The notes beneath the pieces were generated by a model, which saw nothing but the letters and a program-made list of their open reading frames with translations, searched no databases and was not told the DNA's origin. The position numbers were made by a program, and so were the translations under genes. A stretch of DNA of 64,000 nt, taken from Squalus acanthias (lineage: Eukaryota). The DNA is taken from positions 122,204,001-122,268,000 of the forward strand of contig CM059432.1 of assembly GCA_030390025.1 (NCBI GenBank), written 5' to 3'. Positions 13,605 through 24,983 of this stretch are shown piece by piece (position 1 is the stretch's first letter; every line of letters starts with the position of its first letter).

Positions 13605-14985
13605 AGGGCAGTCACTCTCACCTCACCTCTGGAATTCAGCTCTTTTGTCCATGTTTGGACCAAGGCTGTAATGAGGTCTGGGGCCGAGTGGTCCTGGAGG
13701 AATCCAAACTGGGCATCAGTGAGCAGGTTATTGGTGAGTAAGTGCTGCTTGATAGCACTGTCGATGACACTTTCCATCACTTTGCTGATGATTGAGAGTA
13801 GAATGATGTGGCAGTAACTGGCCAGATTGGATTTGTCCTGCTTTTTGTGGACAGGACATACCTGGGCAGCTGGGATTTTGTCGGACCTCACAGCCTTTGC
13901 TGTATCCAGTACGCTCAGCTGTTTCTTGACATCACATGGAGTGAATCGAATTGTCTGAAGACTGGCTTCTGTGGTGGTGGGGACCTCAGGAGGAGGCCGA
14001 TATGGAGCATCCACTCAGCACTTCTGGCTGAAGATGGTTGCAAACGCTTCAGCTTTGTCTTTTGCACTCGCGTGCTGGGCTCCACCATCATTGAGGGTGG
14101 GGATACTCATGGAGCCTCCTCCTCTCGTTAGTTGTTAAATGGTCCACCACCATTCACGACTGGATGTGGCAGGACTGCAGAGCTTTGATCTGATCCGCTG
14201 ATTGTGGGATCGCTTAGCTCTGTCTATAGCATGCTGCTTCCGCTTTTTAGCATGCATGTAGTCCTGTGTTGCAGCTTCCCCAGGTTGGCACCGCATTTTT
14301 AGGTATGCCTGGTGCTGCTCCTGGCATGCTCTTCTACACTCCTTATTGAACCAGGGTTGGTCCCCTGGCTTGATGGTAATGGTAGAGTGAGGGATATGCC
14401 GGGCCATGAGTTTACAGATTGTGGTGGAATACAATTCTGCTGCTGCTGATGGCCCACAGCACTTCATTGATGCCCAGTTTTGAGCTGCTAGATCTGTTCT
14501 GAATCTATCCCATTTAGCACGGTGGTAGTGCCATACAACATGATGGAGGGTGTCCTCAGTGTGAAGACGGGACTTCGCCTCCACAATGACTGTGCGGTGG
14601 TCACAGCTACCAATACTGTCATGGACAGATGCATCTGCGACAGGTAAATTGGTGAGGACAAGGTCAAGTAGGTTTTTCCCTCGTGTTAGTTCTCTCACCA
14701 CCTGTCGCAGGCCCAGACTGGCAGCTATGTCCTTCAGGACTCGGCCAGCTCAGTCAGTAGTGGTGCTACCGAGCCACTCTTGGTGATGGACATTGAAGTC
14801 CCCCACCCAGAGTACATTCTGTGCACTTGCTACTCTCAGTGCTTCTTCCAAGTGGTGTTCAACATGGAGGAGTACTGATTCATCAGCTGAGGGAGGGCGG
14901 TAGGTGGTAATCAGCAGGAGATATCCTTGCCCATGCTTGACCTGAAGCCATGAGACTTCATGGGGTCCGGAGTCAATGTTGAGGT
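13605..14985 (-). mobile_element. Family B LINE fragment (internal deletion, 3' end missing)
   Basis: ORFs 14135-14701 and 13583-14014 are closely similar to the corresponding translations of the 10676-12060 copy. Confidence 0.9.
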
Positions 14986-15289
14986 TCCAGGCTGTTACAT
15001 GGAATTAGTTCCTGGATTAATTGTTTACTATTAACAATAATTTACAATTTCAGCTTCTAAACTCCATTTCCCTTTCAACAGGCTCCTCGTGAGTGAGCTA
15101 CATCCATTGTGAACAAAGTGGTATAGAAATAGATTTTCCTGTCATTGTGATTGGTATAAAAGATTACCTTAGCACAGTGCACATAGTATTCCCGCAGTGT
15201 AGTTCTGGCGAATGTGTGCAATTATCCAGAGTACTAGAAAGGTGTTTTCCTGATTTTACTGCTGAAGAAAGGTGGAGTACCTCAAAAAC

Positions 15290-15570
15290 CAGAATCCATC
15301 CTGGCCATCAGAACATTTTTAGACCTTACTGTAGAACAGTGTCTTTGAAGGCTTTGTTTTATCAGGGAGATGGTAAAGGAACTTTTTGCCCTATTGGAGG
15401 ACAACCGTATACCACAATTCGCAGCAAGAACAATCCACTCTGTAGCAGTGAAAGTTATCACAGCATTGACCATCTTTGCATTGGCATCATTCTAGACTGG
15501 CACAGGTGATATATCGAACATCTGTCAACCATTGGTGCATCCAACAGGTGACAAATGTCCTGTTATAAAG
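15290..15570 (+). pseudogene. Harbinger (HARBI1-like) transposase N-terminal remnant
   Basis: Broken frames read LDLTVEQCL*RLCFIREMVKELFALL...SVAVKVITALTIFALASF*TGTGDISNICQ..QQVTNVL. This aligns with MSEELCLRRLRFSKEVVTELCHLL...VAVKVTVALNFYATGSFQAAAGDLANISQ...RQVTNAL of the intact transposase. Confidence 0.8.
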
Positions 15571-17427
15571 TGGAGAGGGTTTCCCAAGGTACATGTGGTA
15601 ATTGTTAGGACCACATAATGCAAGTGACCGCCAGATACTCAGGCAGCTCTCATGATGCATTTATTATAAAGCAGTCATCTTTATTCCCCTTTTTAGTGGA
15701 TAAAAATAGAATCAAGGGCTAGCAGTCCTCACTACTGCCCACTTCCTCTTGTTGTCTGAGCACACTCTCAGAAAAAGTATTGGGAGCGATTTTCCCCGGA
15801 TACTTTAAGTGCTGCAGAGTCTCCGAGATGGCAAAGATGGGGTCTTGAGCTGCAATGCCTGGTTAGACCACCTTTAGTGCAAGAGGCCACCTTGGTAAAG
15901 GAGTTCAAGCTAGGAACAGCTGCCCTGAGGATCATTAAGGCTCTGATGACCAATTAGATTGACTCCGAATGCTCATTAAAGAGGCTGCACGCCATTCCGA
16001 AAAGGACAGTTCAGATGTCCTTCTGGGATGCAGTCGAGAGGCTGTGGGCCGTGATGGCCCAGCCTCAGACTACAACATCTCAGCATAGGCTTCAGCAGTC
16101 TGGGCCACCTGGCTGACAGGCAACTACAAGAGCAATGGTGGAGTGGTGGGAGAAGGGACTAGGAATGCTGCCATCCGGAGAGAGGCTCGTATGTTCCTGC
16201 TGCATAGTTCCCACATCACTAGCTCAGGGTGTCTGTTCAGCCCGTCCAGTGATCTGCTGGAGGACAGATCAGTGGGAAGCTGAGACACCTGCAAGCCCCT
16301 TTCAACCGAGGAGCCCAGAGCCACCATGGCAGCTGCCTGAGCTTCTATTGCAGCTCTTTGCCGTTCCATGGAAGGTGCTAGTAGTGCAATGGAAGCTGTT
16401 TGGGCTTCCAGTGCAGCACTTTGTCATTCCCATGGAAGCTGTATGGCATTCCATGGAAGCTGCATTGACTGCATTGGAAGCTGCGACCTCAGTCATCAGA
16501 CGCTGTAAGATGTTGGGCTCCACAGGTTGCTGGATGGAATTGGCCAGTCTCTCCATGCTGGAGAGGATGGGTTCCAGCCTCTGTGTCAAGCCACGGGCCA
16601 AGCTGGGACAGACTCTTCCATCCCCCTAGCCATGACCCATAAGCTTTCAGGCAGGCTGTCTATTGCACCAAGGATTTGGTTTGTCAAACCCATCAGCATT
16701 TCAAATGAATACGTGGCTAGAGGAATGGTGCAAGGGGGAGGGATTCAAATTCCTTAGACATTGGAACCGGTTCTGGGGGAGGTAGGACCAGTACAAACGG
16801 GACGTTCTGCACCTGGGCAGGGCTGGGACCGATGTCCTAGGGGGAGTGTTTGCTAGTGCTGTTGGGGAGGGTTTAAACTAAACTGGCAGGGGGTTGGGAA
16901 CATAAGCAGGGAGACAGAGGAAAGGGAAATAGGGATAAAAGCTAAAGACAGGAAGGAGAAAAACAAAAGTAGAAGGCAAAGAACTCAACGGTTTAAATCA
17001 AACATGGTCACAGTAAATAATAATTCATATAGGTCTGAGAGCGTTAAAAAAACAAGCCTGAAGGCTTTGGGGTAAAAATTAGGTCGCGCCCCATTTGGGG
17101 CGCAAATATCGTCTGGACGCAAATATTAGCGCCTGGCGCTAATTATCGGCACTGACTGGAAACTTCACTTTTACCGCCCCGGGAGGTGAGTGGAGCGCTA
17201 AATCAGGCGCTGCACACCTGTCTTAAGGCGCAAAGGCCAAGGAGTGAGGCGCTAACTCAGCGCGCGAGCGCAGCGCAGCTGCTGCCAGTTAGCGAGGGAA
17301 CACAGACACACTGGCGCCGGCCACTTCTTAAAGCGGGGGGGGCCAACTTGCTCCCCAGCCACACCCTGCTCATTGCAGCCTTGAATCTCGGCCTGGAGAG
17401 ACCTGTGAATCCATTTTGCTGCCAAGC

Positions 17428-19196
17428 ATGGAGAGGGTGAGAGAACGCGCTCATCGCTTCACCGAGCGGGCCTTGGATGCTCTGGTTGGCGCGGTGGAGC
17501 GCAGAAGATGTATGCTCTTCCCTGAGAGTGGCAGGAGGCCTTTGCCACGCGAGTTCAGAAGAGTGTGGAGGGAGGTGGCTCAGAGCGTCTCCTCCAGGAG
17601 CATGGTGCCCAGGACCCATACTCAATGCCGCAAAAAGTTCAACGACCTCACTCGGGTCGTCAGGGTGAGTGGCTTTTTCTCAATACCTCTCCATCCCTCC
17701 ATCTCAACCTCACTCTATGGCCAGAGGGTCTTAAAACCCCAATGCACAACACTCATCCAACACCTATGGCCCTTTCATCAAACACACACACACATTCCAC
17801 ACTTTGCATACAGTAAGGGCTATTCACCTATGGGAGACACATCAGGCAAGACCATGGCTGTATATTTACTCAGATGCTGTCCTTTTTCTTACAGGCCAAG
17901 CTGGCGCATAATCGGAGACAGCAGCAACGGACAGGTGGAGGGCGGCCTCAGCTGCAACCCCTCAGCGATCTTGAGGAGCGCGTCCACAGGATTGTGGCAA
18001 GCCGGGTGATCGGTCCCGTCGCCACTGGAGACGCCGACCCCGTTCTGGACAGCAATGGTAAGGTCATCACCTTTTTGTCCTCTGTCCTTCCACTTGTCCC
18101 TCACAACACCAGCCTTTGACACTTTCAATCCAACTTGCTAACTCGCTGCACTTATTCCTCCCTTACTGCCACCCTGTCCTCACGCTAAAGCCACTCTTGT
18201 ACGTCCCTGCTTTCAGATGGTGATTCACCAGCTGAGGAGACGGGCCCTGAAGCTGCCACTGGGAGTGATGCTGCAGCTGAGGAGGAAGAGGAAGCCGGAG
18301 CATCAGTGCCACCCTCTCCCGAGGAAGCCAATGCCCACACTGGGAACACGCCTTCCCTGGAGGGGAGCAGGGGGGAAGGGTCTGATGAGGGTGAAGCTCC
18401 AGGACCCAGCACGCTGCAGCAACGCCATGGGGGGGGTAGGGAAGAACGGGGGCCTTCTCCCCAGAGGGAGAGTATGCCAGACACTCCTACTGCAATGGAC
18501 GCAGAGGAGGAGCGGCTGATCGCAGAAATGAACACCCAGGCGGTGGGCATGCACACTGAGCTCATGGGTGCAGTGGGAAGGGTGCCCGAATGCATTGAGT
18601 CACTGGCAAGGAGTGTGGAGCACTTCGCTGTAGCACAGGCGGATGCCACACTAACGCTTAGTGCTGCAATTCAGTCACTGGCTGCCGTGATCCCATCTCT
18701 GACTGCTCTCATACAGACTCAGATTGAGGCCACGCGAGCACAGACTGCTGCCAACCTCGATGGTTCGTGCACATGTCCCCGGGGCTGTCACCGCGCCGCA
18801 GCAGGCCAGCAATCTGTTCTCCGGCAGATTGCTCCGGATGCTGAAGTGCTGCCCCGTGGGAGTGCCAGTGTGTCGGGCGAGCAGGGAGTTGCTGTCCTCT
18901 CTCACGATGACAGCATTCCTGCTGCCAACACTGTCACTTCTCCACTGCACTTGCCACCGCCTGTAGGACAGACTGCTGCCGCCCATGCAGAGTTGGTGCA
19001 GTCTGCAGCCGGGCCCTCCAGGCCCAGAACTGGTCGAGGCCGTCCTTCAGGGGCATCTGCAGTGTCAGGGTCTGACGAGCAGCAGCCTTCCACCAGCCTT
19101 GCTGCAGCCACTGAGGTCCCATTACGGAGGAGCAGTAGGGTTAGAAGGGGGGAAGTGCGCAAGGGAAGGAGATCACCCTCGAAGGGCAAAAAGTAG
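17428..19196 (+). CDS. Myb/SANT-like DNA-binding protein of Harbinger (3 exons: 17428-17664, 17895-18057, 18217-19196; 459 aa)
   Basis: ATG at 17428; RFTERALDALVGAV...W.EVA...RTHTQCRKKFNDL Myb/SANT-like domain. GT-AG introns (AGG|GTGAGT...TTCTTACAG, phase 0; G|GTAAGG...CTTTCAG, phase 1) give a continuous 1380-nt frame ending in a basic NLS-like tail RRSSRVRRGEVRKGRRSPSKGKK. Confidence 0.88.
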
Positions 19197-19490
19197 GAGG
19201 TGTGACAAAATGCTGGTCATTTTTTTATTAAAGGTCGAGGTTCATGGTCCAACTTTTGTTTAGTGTTTTGGACATTATCTCCAGGTTGTGAGAACCAGTT
19301 ATGTTATTGATTGTTTTTTTGTGTTTATTTCTATGAGTTTGTCATGAGGAATTGACACACACAGAGTTTGTAAAATAAATAAGTTTCTGTATTCAAAATA
19401 TACATGGTTGGTGGTTGGAATTATTGGTGCCTTGGCCGGCTTAGGGGTTGCGTGCTGGGTTCATTAATGTTGTTAGCAATGGCAGGGGCC

Positions 19491-20651
19491 CTAGAAGCGG
19501 CTTGCTATTAGCCGTTGACGGACGGCCCTTGCAGTTTGACCATTGTGGGCCGCCCTCCTGCCTTGGTGCTGCTGATGATCATCGTCCTCGTCCTCTTCCT
19601 CCTCTTCCTCCTCCTCCTCTGGTGGTGCTCCAAGGCCTGGTGGCATTGGCTGGGTCCTGAGGATTGCCATGTTATGCAACATGCAGCACACGACTACGAA
19701 GTTCGATACTCGCTCAGGCGAGTACTGCAGGGCTCCTCCAGAATGGTCCAGACAGCGGAACCATTGCTTCAGCACGCCGATTGTGCGCTCAATAATGTTC
19801 CTGGTAGCTTGATGGCTCTCATTGTACCGCAGCTCAGCAGGGGTGTTGGGCGTACGGAGCGGTGTCATCAGCCAGGTGCTCAATGGATACCCCTTGTCCC
19901 CGAGAAGTAAACCAACTGGCTGATGCGGTGCCTCGAAAAGTTCTGCCACAGTAGTCTGGCGCAGGATAAAAGCATCGTGGCAGCTGCCAGGATACTGGGC
20001 ATTGACAGCGAGTATCAGCTGTCTGTGGTCACAGACCAACTGGACATTCAAGGAATGGAACCCCTTTCTGTTCCTGAATTCCTCGGCATTCTCATGCGGA
20101 GCACGCAAAGCCACATGCGTGCAGTCAATGGCGCCCTGCACCATGGGGAAGCCCGCTACCCTCGCAAAGCCCAGAGCGCGGTCACGCTGCTTGTCTGGGG
20201 TCATGGGGAAAGAGATGAACTCTCGTCTCCTTTTGAAGAGGGCATTTGTGACCTGCCGGATGCAGCAATGCACCGCGAACTGAGAGATATTGGCGAGGTC
20301 CCCAGCAGCAGCTTGAAATGAGCCAGTAGCGTAAAAGTTCAAAGCCACTGTGACCTTCACTGCCACCAACAGAGACGTCCTGGACCTCAGTTGAGGCTGC
20401 AGATCTGGCTGCAGCAGGTGGCAGAGCTCAGTGACCACCTCCTTGCTGAATCGCAGCCTTCGCAAACACAGCTCCTCGGACATATGGATGTAGGAGAGCT
20501 GTTCACGATATACCCTGGGAGGGTAAGCTCTCCTGTACATACGCCTGATGGCCCTCCTCCGTCTGGCCATCATTGCCACTCTCTCTCTGCGTCTCTGTAT
20601 CCTCCGATTCAGCTGGAGTAGGATGACGCCCCCAATCAGTGCAGCCCCCAT
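19491..20651 (-). CDS. Harbinger DDE transposase (HARBI1-like nuclease), 386 aa from the ATG at 20651
   Basis: Uninterrupted ORF with GAIDCTH, NRKGFHSLNVQLVCD, PGSCHDAFIL, LLGDKGYPL, YNESH..TRNIIERTIGVLK and CCMLHN. The catalytic D/D/E positions are present. Confidence 0.95.
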   Translation of the reverse strand: MGAALIGGVILLQLNRRIQRRRERVAMMARRRRAIRRMYRRAYPPRVYREQLSYIHMSEELCLRRLRFSKEVVTELCHLLQPDLQPQLRSRTSLLVAVKVTVALNFYATGSFQAAAGDLANISQFAVHCCIRQVTNALFKRRREFISFPMTPDKQRDRALGFARVAGFPMVQGAIDCTHVALRAPHENAEEFRNRKGFHSLNVQLVCDHRQLILAVNAQYPGSCHDAFILRQTTVAELFEAPHQPVGLLLGDKGYPLSTWLMTPLRTPNTPAELRYNESHQATRNIIERTIGVLKQWFRCLDHSGGALQYSPERVSNFVVVCCMLHNMAILRTQPMPPGLGAPPEEEEEEEEEDEDDDHQQHQGRRAAHNGQTARAVRQRLIASRF

Positions 20652-23356
20652 ATTCTCTTTGCAAGCAAAGTAATGAAGGACAGCAACTAAAGTACCAGCG
20701 AAGTTAGGATCAATAGGCAAAACTACCTCACAAAGTGTTGAGTCAATGTAGAAGTCTCTCTTTCTCTCTCTCCGAATCTCTCTCTCTCTCTCAGAACGAG
20801 TGGTGCAAAAATGTCGACCACAGAAAAAGACAGGAACAGGCCCCCTTTAAATAGCGCCCCCCCCCCCCCCCCCAGCCCCACAGCGATTGATAGCGTTCCA
20901 GTCTTCCGGTCGTTGGAAGCGCCAGGCGGTAAGGCAGGGGGCGCCACTCAATTTCCGCTCCGGGGCGCCACAAGGGCGTTGCACCATGGAATGACGTCAC
21001 AATCTGCGCGCGCAGGTGGTCGCAGCGGTAACTTTTAGCGCCGCCGCACAATCTCTAGTTAAGTTCCCGAGCGGCGCAAACATCGCTGCGCCCGGGCGTT
21101 AGCGGCTTTGCGCCCCATTAGCGCCCTCTTAAGGCGCTAACGGGAGGCGCAACCAACTGAATTTTTACCCCTTTGTGTCTTAATGCAAGGAGCATTCGGA
21201 ACAAGGTGGATGAATTAGCTGCGCAAATAGAGGTAAATGAATACGATTTGATTGGGATTACAGAAACATGGCTCCAGGGTGGCCAAGGCTGGGAACTCAA
21301 CATCTAGGGTTATTCAATATTTAGGAAAGATAGGCAAAAAAGAAAGGGAGGTGGGGTAGCATTGCTGGTTAAAGAGGGGATTAACACAATTGAAAGGAAG
21401 GATATTAGCTCTGATGATGCGGAATCTGTATGGGTAGAACTGAGAAATAACAAGGGGCAGAAAACGTTAGTGGGAGTGGTATATAGACCTCCAACCAGTA
21501 ATACGGAGGTTGGGGACGGCATTAAAAGGGAAATTAGAGAAGCATGCAGTAAGGGCACAGCAGTCATCATGGGTGACTTTAATTTACATATAGATTGGGC
21601 TAACCAAATCAGTAAAAATACTGTGGAGGAGGAATTCCTAGAATGTTTACGAGATGGTTTTCTGGAACAATATGTCGAGGAACCAACCAGAGATCAGGCC
21701 ATCTTAGACTGGGTATTATGCAACGAGAAAGGATTAATTAGCAATCTTGTTGTACGAGGCCCCTTGGGTCAGAGTGATCATAATATGATAGAATTCTTCA
21801 TTAGGATGGAGAGTGAAGTAGTTGAATCAGAGACTAGGGTCCTGAATTTAAATAAAGGAAACTACGATGGTATGAGGCGCGAATTGGGTAGGATTGATTG
21901 GGGAATGTCACTCAAGGGGTTGACGGTGGATAGGCAATGGCAAACATTCAAAGACTGCATGGATGAACTACAGAATTTGTACATCCCAGTGTGGCATAAG
22001 AATAAAACAAAAAGGGTGACTCAACCGTGGCTAACAAGGGAAATTAGGGATAGCATAAGATCCAAGGAGAGGGCATATAAATTGGCCAGAAAAAGCGGTA
22101 GCCCTGAGGATTGGGAGCAGTTTAGGATTCAACAAAGGAGGACAAAGGGATTAATTAAGAAGGGGAAAATAGAATATGAAAGTAAGCTTGCTGGGAACAT
22201 AAAAACTGACTGTAAGAGCTTTTATAGATATGTGAAGAGAAAAAGATTAGTGAAATCAAGTGTAGGTCCCTTGCAGTCAGAAGCGGGGGAAGTTATAATG
22301 GGGAACAAAGAAATGGCAGCCCAATTAAATGCATATTTTGGTTCTGTCTTCACAAAGGAGGACACAAATAACCTCCCAGAGATGTTGGAGAACATACGGT
22401 CTGATGAAAGGGAGGAACTGAAAGAAATCAGTATTTGCAGGGAAATGGTGTTAGGGAAATTGATGGTATTGAAGGCCGATAAATCCCCAGGGCCTGATAA
22501 TCTACATCCTAGGGTACTTAAAGAAGTGGCCCTAGAAATAGTAGATGCATTGCTGATCATCTTCCAACATTCGATGGAATCTGGAACTGTACCCATGGAT
22601 TGGAGGGTAGCTAATGTTACCCCACTATTCAAAAAGGGTGGTAGAGAGAAAGCGGGGAATTACAGACGGTAAGCCTGACATCGGTAGTGGGGAAAATGCT
22701 AGAGTCCATTATAAAGGATGTAATAGCTGAGCATTTGAAAAACAGTGACAGGATCGGACAAAGTCAACATGGATTTACAAAAGGTAAATCGTGCTTGACT
22801 AATCTACTGGAATTTTTTGAGGATGTAACTGGGAAAATAGATAAGGGAGAACCAGTAGATGTGGTGTATTTGGACTTTCAAAAGGCTTTCGATAAGGTCC
22901 CGCATAAGAGATTAGCGGGTAAAGTTAAGGCACATGGGATTGGGGGCAAGGTATTGACTTGGATAGAGAACTGGTTGGCGGACAGAAAGCAGAGAGTAGG
23001 AATTAATGGGTCTTTTTCCGAGTGGCAAGCAGTGACTAGTGGGGTACCGCAGGGATCGGTCCTTGGACCCCAGCTATTCACAATATACATTAATGATCTA
23101 GATAAGGGAATTAAATGTAATATCTCCAAGTTTGCAGATGACACAAAGCTGGGTGGGAGTGTGTGCAGCGAGGAGGATAGCGAGAAACTCCAGGATGATC
23201 TGGACAGGTTGGGTGAGTGGGCAGAAGCGTGGCAGATGCAATATAACGTGGATAATTGCGAGGTTATCCACTTTGGTGTCAAAAACAGAAAGGCAGACTA
23301 TTATCTGAATGGCAATAGATTGGGAGAAGGGGAAGTGCAACGAGACCTGGGTGTCC

Positions 23357-24983
23357 TGTAGAATTCGCAAAATTATCGCGATTTTATAATAATGAGAAGG
23401 AGACATAAAGTTTCGTATAAACAGCTTTATTTCAGCAAAATGCTGTCATGTTTCAAAAGGGACACAAGCAGCCTGTAAAATGGCCACCACGCCTCATGGC
23501 AGAAGGTTCTGGACTTTCAGTAGGCAGACAAGATGGCGTTTCAATAGACATTTCAGCAAGATCGGACAGGACTCAGCACATTGGAGATAATGACAAAACG
23601 CGAGGGGTTTGCATTTTAAACATAAATACTGGAAGCGGTTTTCCAGGGCTATTGTACTGGGCAATCAAGGACCCATCCAAAGACATTGATATGCAAATTC
23701 CCCACGGCTCTACGATGAGAGAGCCGTTCGCGGGTACTCACAGCAAGCATTTGGAAGCCCCCAAAACCCCTCCAGGGAGACTACTAGCCGGTTCCACAAT
23801 GGGAGAAATATTAACGGGTACTCAGACAGTTACAAGTATCACCGAGACCCATTAACGACAAGTACCACCCCATACAAGAAGTTTGAGCGCCAAAACATGA
23901 CAAAAGATGGACATTAAGATTGGGCGGGAGATAAGGAATTACAGTACTATAAACTGTAGTGTCCAAACGTCCATCTTTCTCTTATCCTCTGGCTGTTCAT
24001 CGTGCTCGTATTCTTTACCACCGACTGGAGCTCTGGACTCTCATTCTCTGATCCGCTGATTTTCCGGGAGTCAACCTCGTGGCTTGCCGCGAAGATCTGT
24101 GGAGAACTGGTCTGCGAAGGCCAGGAATCGGGCGCACCATCCCGAGAAGTCGGTAAACGGTGTTGGAACCGAAGGCCCGAGAGGAGATGAGATGAGATGA
24201 GAAGAGAAGAAGATGACTACACGTGCCGCCGCAGTCAGTAAACCCCGACCGCGCCCGAAAATCGATTAACCACTTCTTCGAATTCTATCGGCTACTCCAC
24301 AACTGGTGTCGGTCCAGAAAGACTCTTCTTTGAATTTTACCGGCTAACTGGTGTCGAGCACAGGAAGACTCTTCTTTGAGTAGTATCAGAACTCCGAGGT
24401 CAACACAGATCTTCATGACAGCAGACGGTCCAGCCTGCTAGCCGGAGCAAAGCGAGTAAACAAGAGGGGTACAGGGACCCCTGATCAACACGTGAATAGT
24501 CAGGTGTTGCCGAGCAGCGTTTCGGAATTCTCCGAGTTATCACGAGTGGTGAGCATGAGTCTCGATCCTACAAATCTAGATTAGGACAGATATTGATAGG
24601 GGAGGGTTTTTGTTTTAAGGATAATTATAATGTGTGTCCCCTTTTACGATGTGTCGTGCGCTCCTCGTTTCCCTAAACCTAGTTGCATAAATGTGTGTAA
24701 GTTTGTACTGTCATTAATCTGTGCTTATGACATGTATTTCGTAATCTTGAATAATATGCAATAAAGATTTTCCATTTCGCACTATTCAACCGGGTCTACC
24801 TGAGTTTTCTCTGCATTATTGCTCTCGCAGCTAAGTCCAGTGTCAGAACCGTAAGGGCGAGTGGGTCGAACCACTCACAGGTGTCTAGTGTCACCAGGCT
24901 GGCTGGAGACCAGAATAGGCAACAAGGCCTAACCCCGCACTAGCACCCAGGCTAAGCACAGAGCCACGGCGAAACCCCTTACA
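23357..24983 (+). mobile_element. Solo LTR (~1.63 kb), ERV- or Gypsy-type
   Basis: TGTA...TTACA termini. 4-bp TSD GTCC (23353-23356, 24984-24987); removal restores CR1 RDLGVLVHQ. TATAAA at 23948 and AATAAA at 24760. Homologous copy at 42490-44097. Confidence 0.88.

Larger units (their letters stand above)
17069..21171. mobile_element. Autonomous-looking PIF/Harbinger DNA transposon
   Basis: Perfect TIR GGGGTAAAAATT (17069-17080) / AATTTTTACCCC (21160-21171). TSD TTT (17066-17068, 21172-21174), confirmed by rejoining CR1 codons AAG GCT TTG TGT. Two convergent intact genes. Confidence 0.97.

Noticed and set aside
15093..15509. 138-aa ORF as a host gene exon
   Set aside because: It is an off-frame reading across a decayed Harbinger transposase; no recognisable domain.
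19515..20621. Plus-strand ORFs overlapping the transposase
   Set aside because: Antisense shadows of a GC-rich coding sequence.
19491..20651. Calling the transposase the domesticated host gene HARBI1
   Set aside because: It lies inside TIRs and a TSD with its Myb partner, inserted in a young LINE, so it is a transposon copy and not the conserved host locus.
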